The notes: a model not told the origin generated them from the letters alone. Shown: positions 1-13,573, counted from the first letter of the stretch. The stretch is DNA of 64,000 bases from Phyllosticta citribraziliensis (GCF_038025025.1 NW_027117338.1:620001-684000); one strand, 5' to 3'. Numbers and translations are program-made.

Positions 1-806
1 CTTCTGAATGAGCTCATCAATGGTGGCGTTGCAAACGTAAGCCTTTCGCCGAACATTCGTGTTGAACCACACTGACATCGTCCAGTTTGGCAAGCTCATC
101 ATCAAGGGCCTCGTTTCGGACCCTCTGTCGACTACGGCACTTGGAATCCCCCAAGGCGGCTTTCAAGTTCTCTTCGTCCTGTCCGGCGGCTTTTTTGCCT
201 CGTACTTCAAGAACTCGAGGACAACAATCATGGCCATATACCTGCTTCCAACCATCGCCGGATCGTGCATGCTGTGGAAAGTTCCCAGGACCGACAAGAT
301 TGCGAGTCTTTTTGGCTACTACATTGTAAGTCCCCTTGTATCCCCTTTCTCACACAGTCGCTGACTCCATCAGGTCGGAGCCTACGTCGCATCACTCACA
401 ATCGCGCTCCAAATGCCCGCAACCAACATTGGAGGCTACACCAAGCGCGTGACAGCAACAGCCTTCGTCTTCCTGGCCTACTGCATCGGCAACATCATCG
501 GCCCGCACGCCTTCCTCGACTCCGAAGCGCCCATCTACCAAACCGGAATCAAGATGATTCTGTGCTGTGCCTGCATCCAATTCGCGCTTGCAGTCTTTTT
601 GCGCTTTTGGCTCACGAAGCGGAACAAGGAGCGCGACGCAAAAGCGGCAGCAGCAGGAGTCGACGGCGCGGCGGAAGACGAGCCGCTGTGGGACAAGACG
701 GATTTCGAGGTGCGTCCATCATCATTTCCCTGTCAGAAATGTCGTGTCCCCGGGTACTTTACTGACTCTCCTTGCTTAGAACCCGGCGTTCCGCTACTCG
801 CTATAG
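1..806 (+). CDS. MFS transporter, allantoate permease (Dal5/ACS) family; 3' part, 5'-truncated
   Basis: Introns 37-85, 326-373 and 710-779 (GT..CTGAC..AG). Peptides include NIGGYTKRVTATAFVFLAYCIGNIIGPHAF, the end of exon 3 (WDKTDFE) and the last exon NPAFRYSL*, all typical of the fungal Dal5 family. Confidence 0.9.
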
Positions 807-1132
807 AAGGCGCCAGGGGTGCCGAAACACGTTTTTCTTTCCCTCGTTACGCAAGGCCATGTAATTTCTTTATTCTCACTCTGATATCCTAGATATGTAA
901 AATGTGACGCATTTGACGATTTTACAAGAGAATTCGGCTTTTTTCTTGCTCAAAGCGTGTTGGGCTGCTTGAAGAGCATTCGCTGGGTGTGTGACAAGTG
1001 CGACTTTCCATGCAAGTCTGGCGGGTGCATGCATGCAGAGAGCCCGACAATTCCCCCCATCCGACATTGAATTTAAGAGCGTCTGACACCTGTCAAGCCT
1101 CTCATCAATATGACCGTTTGCTTCCAGGAAAT

Positions 1133-2406
1133 ATGGCGCCGCGCAAGTTCTCATTGGCCGCGTTTGCCTCGCTGCTGAGGAAGAAGCCGGCGGCAAAGGA
1201 CAAGATTCTCGTGTGAGTTGACCGGAATTGTCGGACCGCGGGGCTGAGCTGACGAGATAACAGATTGGGCGCTGGAGAGCCCGTTGGAGGAGCAGTTCTG
1301 GCCGCCATTGTCCAAAAGTACTCCAAAGATCTCAACATCGTGGCCGCCGTATCGACGCGTCACGAGGCGCAGAAGCTACAACAGCAACACCCAAGCATCC
1401 GAACAACCATCGGGAATGTCGAGAACCCAGCGTTTCTCGAAACGGCAGCGCAAACGGCCAAGATAGTCATCAGTACAGTCCAAGGCACCTCCAAGGCAAA
1501 TCCAAAATTCTAAAGTCCTCTGTGTGGATAGATACCCATGCATCGCCCAGCTCGAGCGCTGCCACGGCCGCCGCACACCTAGTCCACGTCCTCTCACACA
1601 ACGCGTGCACGCACACCTTCTACATCCACACCAGCAGCATCGCTGTCCTGGAGGCTTCGCCCAGCGATCCCACGGCCCAGCGTAGCGAAACCATCACCAC
1701 AAAAGCCCGCGAGGAGACGCAGCTGAAGCGGAAGGGTGATGTGCGGGCAAGCGTGCACAGAATCTGGAACGACGTCGCCGACATTGACGAGATTCGCGCG
1801 CGGCCGGCGAGTGATGGATACGCGCGCGTCGACGCGGCTGTGCGGGAGGCTGTACGGGCGGCGGAGAAGCGGAGCGGAAAGAGGAGGAAGAAGGGCGGGC
1901 AGCAGCGTGTTAGGCTGGCCGTTGTGGCACCCGGCGTTGTATATGGGAGTGCATCGTTATCGACCCATGGCTCAGGCTCACCTCAAGAGATTTCTGGAGG
2001 GATTGGCATGAGGGATGAGAGAGAGGTAGGTGTTGTACATGTGGCGGACTTGGTGCAGTTGTATCTGCTCTTGGTGGAGCAGGCGGTCCTGGTGCCGTCT
2101 GCTCAGGGGAAGAATGAGAAGGCGAGGCCGTGGGACAGGCGCGAGTGGGCTTGGGAGGAGTGTTGGGGGCTGCATGCTTTTTACTTTGCGGTTGCGGAGC
2201 ACATGAGAGCTGGGGAGTTGAGAAGATTGCACACGGAGAGCAGTCGGCGGATTGAAGAAGATGAGCGCTGTGGGGATCAAGAAAGTGATAGGATGGCCGA
2301 AAAAAAGGACAATGATGTGGTTGTTGAGATGCGATGTTACAGCGAGCGGGCGAAGTGGATTCTTGGGTGGGTGCCGCATGAATGGCATGAATGGCATGAT
2401 TGGTAG
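1133..2406 (+). CDS. NAD(P)-binding Rossmann-fold protein (epimerase/dehydratase-like, diverged)
   Basis: ATG at 1133, introns at about 1213-1263 and about 1473-1550. Motifs KIL-LGAGEPVGG, FYIHTSS, AVVAPGVVYG, VHVADLVQLY and SERAKWILGW match fungal extended/atypical SDRs. Confidence 0.65.
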
Positions 2407-3001
2407 ATTGGGATGTTGAGAAAGAGAGACGACTCAACTACGAGTGACAGCGGCGTTGTTTCCTCTCTTTCCGTTATTCACACTCTTGTTGGACTACTTT
2501 TGAGAATTATTTCAAGCAAAGGTCGACCACAAAATGGGAACCAACGAACTCTGGGGGACCTGGTGGGCTTATACCATACCCCAAAATCCGCACGCCGAGG
2601 TTACCCCTTTGGGATTCAGGTAGCCACCCGGGGTTTTGCCGTTCCCTTGCTGCTTCGGCGAGTTTCTTCAAGGTTTGAAACAAAGACATCCTCTCTTCTT
2701 TGTCCTACAGAGTAAAAAACAGCTGCCTTCGATGCCATCCGTACAAACGACGTCGATTAGTGATGGCGGACTTCGGAGCGGGGAGAGAACGGTGTTCACA
2801 TGCAACTGCAGCCATCAGTCTCGGCATCTCAGCTGAGAGGCCGGAGACCCACATCAGCCCTATACGTAAGCGATAACGCGAGCGCAGACCCTGAGCCCGC
2901 ACCCTACTTCTCCATGCCGGATCGTCCTCGGACCTGTTCAAATCACCATTGTCGTTGACCGCACTCGCCGCCAGCCTTCGCTGGCCGAGCACCCTCCAGC
3001 C

Positions 3002-3894
3002 ATGTCTCTCGTCGAGTTCACCAACTTCATGAACAATGCCGCGGCGTTGGAAAAGTTCCTCAAGCTGCTGCAGGGCTTTGCGCAGCTCGGCATGAGCGTC
3101 TTTGCCTCGGCCCAACTCGTCGAGACGAGCACTTTGCTCCGCAAGCACTTTGCTCTGGGTCGACGCTACTTCCGCGTCTTCAAATGGATTGACTGCGCAC
3201 TGGCAGCTTCTGCTGTCCTCTGCGGAGATGCAAGCGGCGGCAAAGAAGGAATTCTAGCCATGTTGAATGTGGCCAAGTGGAGCTATTTGGGCATGTTTCT
3301 CTTCACTGAAGCACTCACCCTTGTATGTTGCCAATTTTTAATGTTGCTGCTCTACATGCGGTGTTCCCGAAACTTACTCTTCCTCAGTTGGATGCCATGG
3401 ATCTCAAAAAGTTTGAGTGGACGCCCATGATCTTCACCGAGGCCATGCGCTTCTGGTTCTATTCCATTTCTTGTGGGCTGATTCTCATTGGCTACGACTT
3501 GTACCTGAACAACAGGGACATGGTCCGCACGGAGAAGGAATATGAGCTCATCGAAAACACACCCGATGACTCCCCGAAAAGCGTAAGCAACGGGAAACCT
3601 AAAGCAAACGAAAAAGCCAAAACCAAGGACCAAGATCAAAAGCAAGAGAAAGGACAGCTGAAGCCGGATTGGATTCCGAAAGACGCACAGTTGTCTGCAA
3701 AAAGACGGCAACTTGAGCAAGCAAAGGCCCGCCGTAGATCTCTCCTGCGCCAACTGTTCGCCAATGCCTGTGATCTCCTCACCCCCGGATCAATCGTCAA
3801 GTACACGCCAGTCCACCCAATCCTGGTCGCTGTCACGAGCATTATTAGTTCGTTCATATCGTCACAGGATCTATGGATGCAAATCAACAAATGA
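3002..3894 (+). CDS. PEX11-family peroxisomal membrane protein
   Basis: Two exons (intron 3323-3387). Motifs LEKFLKLLQG, FALGRRYFRVFKWID, RFWFYSI and ACDLLTPGS fit PEX11-like proteins. Confidence 0.75.
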
Positions 3895-4011
3895 TTGGGA
3901 AAATGGTCTCAATTTCTACTTCTCTACAAATCACTTGGATTCTACGACCAGATCCGGCTGTCTAGTTTGTCAACACATGACTGTCGCGTCGGTCAACGAC
4001 GCAGGGGTACT

Positions 4012-4446
4012 CTAGACCATGTGGACCGGTTTCATCTCGCTCAGCTCAATGTCCTCAAACTGCTCCGCGGGCCTTGGGCGTCGGGACGAGCCAGCGCGCG
4101 TGCGCGTCGACTGGAACTTCGGGAGCGCATCGGAATTCCTCGCCTTTGGCCGCCTGGGTGAACTTACCTCGCGTCTCGTAGACGGTCCCGCAACCACAGG
4201 CCCCGGCCGCGTCAATGGGACAGCCTCTTCAAGCGCTCGCGCCGTGCGATAAGGACGCGCGCCTGTGCGGGCCCGCCACTCGGGCATGAAGTCCCTCGCG
4301 CGTGGCGTAGTGAGGACGTAAATGATGCTGCTCAGAATGGAAATGGCCATGAAGAGGATGATGACCAAGGTCACAACGAAGACGGGGCCGTGTTCAGAGT
4401 ACTCGGCGTGCTCTGCGCGTTCAACGAGCTTGGAGAGCGCCGCCAT
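4012..4446 (-). CDS. small single-pass membrane protein, hypothetical
   Basis: 144-aa ORF with a good start context (CACAATGG), one strong TM helix (VFVVTLVIILFMAISILSSIIYV) and a basic tail. Confidence 0.55.
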   Translation of the reverse strand: MAALSKLVERAEHAEYSEHGPVFVVTLVIILFMAISILSSIIYVLTTPRARDFMPEWRARTGARPYRTARALEEAVPLTRPGPVVAGPSTRREVSSPRRPKARNSDALPKFQSTRTRAGSSRRPRPAEQFEDIELSEMKPVHMV

Positions 4447-5228
4447 TGTGTCTGATGTTTGACCTGTCGTAACTATTGAGATAAGGGGGTTGTTCGAGAT
4501 TAAATATATTTTGAATGTTCAGACGTTGACATTGTTTTGGCGTAATTTTGAACAATGTGGGGTGTTGCTGGGCGCAGGTGCAAAGCGAGGGAAGAGACGA
4601 ATGAAGTGATGAACATGGAGCTGCCGGATCATGGTCAGTGATGTTGTTTGATTTCCATAGGAGTGTGATGGGGTGTTCATCTTTAGCGCGGTTTGGTGTT
4701 GGATTTAAGAAGAAGCCAGTGATTCAGGCAGAAGATGCTTCCCACGCGCAGAGTCTCCCCGCCGTTGCCTGAATGGTGGGCTTGCTAGACACATTCCAAG
4801 TCACAGGGCTGGAAGGCTGTTGATCGGCTGTCTCATTGTTCCTAGACAAATGCCTTTGTTCACGTTGGTTGGTCGGCGACCTGATTTTCGTCGGGAAGTT
4901 TCGAAGTAGCCGCCTCTTCATGGCGGGGATCATCAGCCAGTCGGCCAAGACTTTCAATCTGATTATGGCAAGATGCTTAAAGTTGACAGGGAGCATGGCT
5001 GAATTCGCGAGGTCAGGCTTCAAATAGCGGTAGAAACCACGTCTATGGAAACGAGCTCCGTGTTTTTGTCCGTCTTCGCGTCGCCCTCGTCTCCTCTCTG
5101 CACGCCAGGGCCAGGATCGCCAGCCTTCACCTCGTGCTGCTTCTTGACGATGCTCCGCCCGCATTGTTACGATCTTCAGTGTTACCCTCCCCGCTTTGCC
5201 CATTATCCGACAAGCTCTTCACGCCCAT

Positions 5229-7319
5229 ATGACAGATGGCCGGCCGAAGAAGCTGCAACGCGCCTCCCGGGCCTGTATGACCCCTCATCTAGACTTTCCA
5301 GGCCCCACATTGACGCTTTCTAGGTGATTTTTGTCACAAACGCAGCATCAGATGCAAACCCAGCGAAATTGACGGCCAGCGTTGCCAAAACTGCGTCGAT
5401 TTCGACATAACCTGCACCTACACGCGCCCATGGCGTCGAGCAAGAGGCCCTGCCACCGGTGCCAGCGGCAGCAATGCATCGCCCGAGCCCAATGGAAACC
5501 GACAGGGCAGCGTTCAGTATTCGCACGACACGCGAAGCAGGCAGGCTTCACAATGCGACCGCCAAAAGAGCTCAGATACCTCTCTCACGAGCCGAGTCCG
5601 ACCGTCCGAACCACGACAGGCCATACGCCCCGAGAATGTTCACACCAACCGCATCACCAGGAGCAAGCCTGAGGACCGCCAGTGTACGGCGTACGGAACC
5701 GATCCGCTGGGAGAGGCTTGGAAGGGTTTTGCTTTGGCATCTCACTCGACGCTCGTTGCTTTTGCGGAACTATACTTTGACGCCATCTACCCGATATACC
5801 CGTTGTTCCACAAAAAGACATTCTTGGACAAGGTGCGCAATCGCGATTACCTGCGAGAACGCGGCTTCTACGCGTCGACTATGGCCGCTTGTGCCTTGGT
5901 GGCGGCGCGCGCAAGAGATGGAGCTTTGGTACCTGGTACCGAAAGTCAAGTCCCCGCAGGCGAGATACCGCCAGAGACGTTTTATGCGGCTGCCAAAGAT
6001 TCCATCCCCAGGGACTATACTGCTGCGTCGGGCTTGCACTATCTTAGAGCATGCGCATTGCTCGCCATTGGAAGCATTCAGCTGGGCAAGATCGACGAAA
6101 TGCATGAGTATCAAGGACGATACTTTACTCTCGTTGCACTCCAGCGATTCTACGACGAAGCGTCTTGGCCAAAAGACATTTCGCTGATTGAACGAGAAGA
6201 GCGACGGAGACTCTTCTGGTCCACATACACGCTCGATGTCTACTCGTCCATTGTTTGGAACGGCCAGCTGTTCTCGCGAGAAGCACATGTGCACGTGGGA
6301 TATCCAACAGAAGCCGACGACGATCACTTGGAAGAAGCGCCAGTGGGGCTTCAAGATCCTACGTGTTGGATGCACGGCTGGAACTTCACCATTGACATTT
6401 ACCGAGTCATGGAGCATGCCATCAACCGCCTACGCGCCCACCGTAACGTTAACATGTCATTGCGGCCTGTCCAAACATTTTTCACTCCGGAATCTTTTTC
6501 CCCATCGGGCTTACTGCAGGCCGTGTTCGACATGTGTAATCGATTGCCGCCCTCATTCAAGGAAATACGTCCTATGACGGGAGATCAAAAGAAGGACATA
6601 TTTGGATTCCAAGCCGCCAATGCCCAGGCTACTGTTCAGCTTCTTCGAATGGTTCTATTCTCCATTGAAGACACTCCTGACATTGAGCAAAAATGTAACG
6701 TCGCGGCGGAGCTTCTGGCAGTCTTTCAGAGTGTGCCCAAGGCATACTTGAAAGTAATTAGCACGCCCTTGGTACGTCTTCATCTGTATTGCCCTCCTCG
6801 CGTCTGCTAATAGCACATCAGATCTATCATCTGGCAGGCATTGGAACGATCCTAGGGTCTGTCATTGAGAGTGCGCTGTCAGAGGCATCTTACCAACGGG
6901 TTCGAGGCATGCTGTACGTGAAGATTTGCCCCCGCACATCAAAACAACCTGGGCCGAAAAGGAGAAAGCTCACTAACAAATTTTCGTCTAGTCTGTCCAT
7001 GGCCGATCTACTTGAGAACCTCGAGTCGGGCCTGACCCTCGACGGCGGCACGAGCCGTGGTCTGCGGCTCCAAGTCGACCGTATCGACGAGTACATGCGC
7101 GTCCAGCGGGCTCAGCTCGTACCCAGTTTCCAAAACACGATTGCGGATATTACAGGCGCAGTCCCGGCTCCGCGACAGCCCTTCCTCGCGTCGAATGGAG
7201 TCGGGCACCTGCAGCCCCGATCGGAAATCCAGTTGCCGCCAGAGTTGCTCGAAGATTGGCCTTGGGCTGGCGACCTTTCCCAGCAGGACTATGGTCCGTT
7301 CCCTTTCGGCTTTGATTGA
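5229..7319 (+). CDS. Zn(II)2Cys6 transcription factor with fungal-specific TF domain
   Basis: Exon 1 (5229-5274) spliced to 5324 gives ASRACDFCHKRSIRCKPSEIDGQRCQNCVDFDITCTYTRP. The middle homology region contains IYPLFH and ERRRLFWSTYTLD. Further introns at about 6772-6821 and about 6914-6991. Confidence 0.93.
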
Positions 7320-9464
7320 ACCTTCAGCGCCTTTGCTTTGGAAGCTGGTGATCGCTCGTCGCGGATTCCTTGGGGTTCTCTCGTGAATGCTGCTGGAAAG
7401 GCCAAGTCCCGCTGCAGACAGAGGTGTCATACCCATCCTGTGTTCTGGGAAATGAGCCTGCCAGGCGTTCGATCGAGACTCTTCCCAGATTCGTCTGGTT
7501 CGCCGTGATTGTCATTCTCTCGTCGGTTCGCAGATCTCTGTGGTATCTGCCAATTTCCCAAGGCCAAAGGAGAAAGCGAAGAATTGATTTCGTTGAGCCT
7601 GATTTTCAAGAGGATGATTGGACACAGACGTGAAAGAATATGGAAGAGGGTAATTGATGTTGAACGCCAAAGGTTGGGGGTCCGCGCGCTTCGACACGGC
7701 AAAGAGCAAAAACCATGGCAATAAGAGGTCTCATGCCTCTCAATCCTACCATGATCACTGCCAAGCAACGAATTTGATGAGTCCGATATCAGGGTGAGAT
7801 CTTGAGGTAGCATCAGAATCTCGAGATTGCGCGTCAATACATCTTGCAACAAGACCGCTGGTTTCCCAAGGCCGAATTCCATGAGCCATCAGGCGACAAT
7901 GAAGACACCACCAGCTAGAAACTTCAACCTTTCCTGTTCAGTAAACACACTGGTCCTTTTCTGACGTATTCAACATGTCATGCCTGCTTTACTCCAAGGC
8001 GAGTGGCTATGAAGCAATATCGATATCGAGCACAATGCAGCTTCAGCCAGCCCGCTGTAACGTCGACGCGTGGCTCCACATACAGAGCTATCACATAGCA
8101 GGTGTAGCATCATCACAGCCACACTATCCAAAGAGCAGCCGCATGAAAGCTCCTTGGCAGAAACAGGAACGAAAAGAGATCGACAAGCCAAGTTCTGCTT
8201 CTTCTGCAGCAAAGCCCAAGTGTTGTATTTTTAGAAAGATGCCTCCATCGCGCTACCGCGCTTGCTCTGCTCACTATGGTGTGAAGAACGGGCCCATATC
8301 CAGGACATCAGGTTACGACGGAAGTCATGCTGCGCCGTTACTGGTGCTGCTGGGTCGGGATGCCCGCCTGGGCAGTTTGGCATTGCCTCCAAGCAACGGG
8401 CCGTTTTGTCTTGTCTTGGACCCAAGACCATTGGCCTAGCCAGGTGGGAGTTCTTGTCGAGGTGCTCTCTATCGTGACAAGGGAGCGTAAGGTGTGGGTG
8501 CTCCGTACGTTGCCTCGGAAGTCTGAGCTGCGACAAGAGTCACGGCCAGCGATACGAAAGATCTCACACTTCCCGCCAAAGACAAGATCCAACCCAGAAC
8601 AAAAGCCTTCCCATTACATCATCGGTGTGGGTGGTGAGAAGTATCAACAACTCCAGGCAACAGCCAAACGACCACCTCGCATCCGCGCCACAAGCTGCGG
8701 CCATCGCCTCACCTGAGCGCCGAGCTCCATCACACGGAGAAAGACTTGCTCCTTGTGCGAGCTGAGCGTATCGTACTGCCTCCATGAATCTCTCACGACG
8801 CGCTGCCTTTTGCGCCTCAATGAGCCCACTCCCTCGGTCAAGACTCGAGACACTTAGATTTCTCTGCGTATGATTGCCTGTTAGGTTCCCCCGCTTGCTC
8901 GTCATCGTTTTCGACGCGCAAGCGACTGCTGTTGTGAAGTCTGATTGGGTGCACATTTTGCTGGTGGTGTTGATTGATACGGATTCACGCGGCACTACTG
9001 GTGGCAGGGAGGGTAGATGGATGGATGGAATAATGGGTGAAGCATGGTTACTGCGAGTTCAGGAAGACCGAACAGAAGCAAAAGAAAGTCTCAAATCTAT
9101 GCTCCAAATGTTGCTTGTGTCGAGAAGAAACAAGAGTTCGCCTGCTACCTGCATACTCACACTTGGCATGCTCGCGCTCTGCATACTCGCACAATTGCGC
9201 TCGAATCGCATCTCTTCTCTCTAGACGTCACTGCATCATGCGACTCACCTCGCAGCCACTTTCCATCTACCAAGCACCCCAAACTCACGGCTAGCCCCTC
9301 GCACACCTCAAGCCACCGCCGGTGAACATCCTCAACCCTACCCGCAACAACCACCCGCAACCATCCGCAGCGCCATGCGAACCAATCAGCATAATCACAG
9401 TACGCCTGGCCTCTCTCGCACGCCTTTCATTTTCCAAGCCGTGCCCTCCCCGCCCGCCAGTTCT

Positions 9465-9484
9465 CCCCCCCCCCCCCCCCCCCC
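9465..9484. repeat. poly-C homopolymer (20 nt)
   Basis: Uninterrupted C20 run in intergenic DNA. Confidence 0.95.
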
Positions 9485-11241
9485 AGCAGAAATATCTCTC
9501 ATGTACATCGTAGTCTTCCCCGATCGACTCATCTCGGTACGCGTGCAGAGATACGGACGTACATGAGCTCGGAAATTGAAAGCAAAAAAAATTCAAACAG
9601 CCAAGTCACGGCTACGCCCCCGCCGCGCCACGCTAGCTGCGGCGCTGTGCGGTGCCGGGAGAGTACCGCCAAGCCTGGCAGCCCAGCTGCTGGACAGCGG
9701 GCGGGAAGAGCAGGGGAGCGCTGCGCTGGCCGACAAGACGGGCGGGGTTTGCTTGGCGGAAGGAGCGGGTCGGGCTCTTTGGGGAGGCTTTGCGGTGGAG
9801 TTGTGGAAGGCCTTTTGGGGGAGAAGTGTGGTTGTTGGGGAAGATGTGGGCTGTGTGTGAGGCCTTGAAGGCGAGGGCGCGGACAAACATGGAATGGGGT
9901 TGTCAAGGGGGGTTTTGTTCAGGGGTGGTGTTTTGGAGAGAAGGTTTGGCGGTGGGAGATGCGCGCTGCTGCAGTGAACGAGCAGTTATGTAACGTCAGG
10001 GCTTTTCAAAGACTTACGGACGAAAAACTCGCCCACTGAACAAGATTGGAGCAATGTTTCATTTCCGTTCGTCTTGACTTTCCTCTTGTCGTCGTCGAAC
10101 AACATGTTCGGTTGTCGGTTAGCGACTAAAGTATACAGTGGCGGGCAGCCTCTGCGCCACAACTCAATTGGCCCGTCTGTTCGGCTTGTCTACCTCACAT
10201 TTCAACAAGCATTCGTTTCCAATCCGACGGCTGCTCCCTCTTTGCACTCCCGAAGCCACCATCCCATCCCATCTCATGACCCCGCGCCGCCCTCGTCGTC
10301 TGGGCATACATCATCTGTCAGATGCTTCTGATCGGCGCCTAACAGGGGACCCCCCTTTGCTCTTTCATGTCCTGCCAAACGCCTTACTTCGTCACATCGT
10401 CTTGTCTTGTCCCTCCACCGCAGCACGGCGGAGCGAACACTGTGGGTCGCTCTCGGTTCGCCTTGTCTTTGGCGGAGAGATGATCCCGCCCACCAGCGGC
10501 CTGTCACTTGACCCAGGAACCCGCATCGCCCTCGGTACGTATCACAATGAGCTCTGCCCAGCCCAAGACCGCAACAGATCGCCTACCGGCCCGTACCTGG
10601 TCGAATCCCGGCTCAGGAACTGGTCGGGCGACCAGCCAACCAGCCAGGCCATGCAAGAGTAACCAAGATGCTGGCTGCGTGTCGATTGTCGTTGGCTCGT
10701 TTGCCAAACAGACTTGACGTGACCTGACTTCATTCAACAGATGGGGCATGACGGGACGACGCGTCCGTCATGGAGGCGCAGCACAGCCAGCAGCACCGCC
10801 GGAGGCGCGCAGCGCAGCGAGCCGGACAAGCAAGCAGGCGCGGCTGCGGACGATGAGGCAGCAGTTTTTCTTTCGGGCTGGTTGGTCGTCGGTGCTGGTT
10901 AGGCGTAAAGGCTAACCAAGAGCTTTGGTGTGTCGCTGTTGATCTCGCGATGATTGTGGTCTGGCATTGAAAGTTAGGTAGTTCTCGGCAGAGTCGCTGG
11001 ACGGGTTATATATATGCGTCGAGTCGACGCCGTTGATAGTGTAGTTTGCTATACCACAGGACCTGATCTCTCACAACGACCATCATCACCAATTACGACC
11101 TTTGACGGAAGGCCTTCGACATTGATTCAATCGCTGCCTGAGGTAACCTCAAAACAACCAAGTTGTCGCTCGCTGCTCAATCGACTCAACGCCATACATT
11201 CGCTTCGTTAGTCACATTACGCCGCTGTTCATACAGACAAT

Positions 11242-12021
11242 ATGCGTTCAGCAATCGCAATCATCCCGCTCTTCGCTCTTATGCGCCTGGGTCTCGCAGA
11301 CTTGGACTGGAATGACGTCCCCGGAAACTGCCGCAGCCAATGCGAGCCAGTCATAAACATCTTCACCGACTGCGCTCGAGAGGTCGGGACGGACGCGAGC
11401 GTTGACTTCTTCCGCAACGGCACGCTGGACGTTGACCGGGACGGACGGCCAGATGTTGATGAGCTCCCGGGCCCTGGCCGTGTCGACCGCGACGGTGATG
11501 GAGACCTGGACGGCCCTGGCGACGACGACGGCCCTGGGGATGGTCGTGGCAACGACAATAACAACAACAACAACGACCGGGACCGAGATGATGATCCAGT
11601 CCTTGAGCAGAGATACGTTGATTGCGTGTGCAACAAGCAAAATGCCAGGACCGACATTCCAAACTGCTCCGACTGCCTCATCCGGAACGGCTACAGAGAC
11701 AAAGGTTAGTGATCAGCAGAACAGATACAGTGAGACGACGACTGATTGGCACAAACAGAGGCCGGCGACTTTGTTCGCGCATGCAACTTCGCTGGAGCTG
11801 GCGTGCCCAATAACACTGCGAGCCCCACGGCCACCCTCACAACGACCAATGCTGCTGGCAGTACCATTTTGAGCACGCTGGCCCCCACTCCAACCAACAT
11901 TACTGGAACCGGCGTCAACAACAACCAGCCAGTGCAGGCAACGGGAGCTGCGTCCAAGGTCGGCGCTCAAAACGTCCTTGTGGCTGCTGCGCTGGTGGGG
12001 TTGCCTGCTGCATTTCTCTAA
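11242..12021 (+). CDS. secreted Cys-containing, probably GPI-anchored cell-surface protein
   Basis: Signal peptide MRSAIAIIPLFALMRLGLA, 8 Cys, intron 11705-11758, a Thr-rich stalk and a hydrophobic C-terminus (ATGAASKVGAQNVLVAAALVGLPAAFL). Confidence 0.85.
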
Positions 12022-12657
12022 TCGTATCGTAAAGGGCGCGACGACCGGTAGCATTCATGCGGGACGGAGAGGGAAGACTGGTGGACGATTGGAATGCTCC
12101 ATGGATCAGAATGACTCGATGATTGATTTTGCGTTGGTTCTCCTTGTATTGATAGTAATGGTCGTTGAGGATTGGTTGGCGGAGCGAACGGTACTGGCAC
12201 TGGCACCACGGTCCCAGTTGGCTGCATGTGACGACGAGTAGTCAACGGCTTTTCGGTTTCTCATATGTATCGAGGCATCTTTCGACAAACGAATTGCGAA
12301 TTTCGACGCGATTCTTCCTCATTGGTCTGATATTTGCGCTCGTGAACAAGGCTATCCATGCCCTGAACGCAGGGAGAAGTGTAGATGCGATGAGTACAGT
12401 CGTTGAGCAAGCAAGCGTGAGAATAGGGTTATTTTGGCGGTCGAAGGTGTTGGAAGACGTTGGTGGTTCGACCGGGCGATGTCGGTGTCGCGGTGGCGTC
12501 ATTGGCGGGCGGCGGACAAGAAGCTTGGGCCACCACTTCGGGCAGCCCGTCACGTTGCGTCGTCCGAAATTTTGGAACTGCAAGCACATCTACACCACCA
12601 CACACCACCTCTCAAATCGACCTGGCCGAGCCAATCCATTCCACACACGCCATCATC

Positions 12658-13573
12658 ATGCTGTCCCGGTCCGTCTTCCGCGCCTCGCGCGCCGCAAACC
12701 TTTCCTCGCCGCTCCGCTCCACGCGCGCAGCTGCCACGCCAGTGCTCCGCGCCTCCGCCGCCGTGCCCTCGAGGTTAGGCGCCGCGCGGTGGTATTCGGA
12801 GGAGACGAAGAAGGAGAATGGCGACAAGAAGGAGGGTGGTGAAAAGAGTGAGATTGATGCGTGCAAGGAGCAACTCGACGCCAAGGGCAAGGAGGTTCTC
12901 GACCTCAAGGTGCGTTGATGGACCATCGAATCCGGTTGTCCGTGGTTGCCAATCAGCTGGGAAGACAATGGCAATGTCTTGCTATATTGAGAACGAGAGA
13001 GTCTCATGGCACAGCGGATCATGTCCTGATGAGCAGACTTGCTGACCTCGCCACCACCACCAACAGGACAAGTACCTGCGCTCCGTCGCCGAATTCCGTA
13101 ACCTGCAAGAGCGCACCAAGCGCGAAGTAGCCGCCGCGCGGGACTTTGCCATCCAAAAGTTTGCGCGGGACCTGGTCGAGTCGGTCGACAACCTCGACCG
13201 CGCGCTGCAAACCGTCCCGGCGGACGCCATCACGGCGCCCGACGCCAACAAGGACCTGGTTGCGCTGCACGACGGGCTCAAAATGACGGACAAGATCCTG
13301 CTCGACACGCTCAAGAAGCACGGTCTCGAGCGTTTCGACCCGTCCCCCGCCCTCGAGAAGTTTGACCCCAACGTCCACGAGGCCGTTTTCCAGACGCCCA
13401 TGCCGGACAAGGAGGACGGCGTGTGCTTCCACACGCAGCAGAAGGGCTTCTTGCTCAACGGCCGTGTCCTGAGGGTGAGTCCGCTCTCGCAGTGACTCGA
13501 TATATCGATCAAAACTGACACATCTTTTTTCCAACCGCAGGCCGCCAAGGTTGGCGTCGTCAAGAACGCGTAA
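12658..13573 (+). CDS. MGE1: mitochondrial GrpE nucleotide exchange factor
   Basis: Arg-rich presequence. Exons 12658-12909, 13067-13474 and 13541-13573. Motifs DKYLRSVAEFRNLQERT, FDPNVHEAVF and KGFLLNGRVLRAAKVGVVK. Confidence 0.96.
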
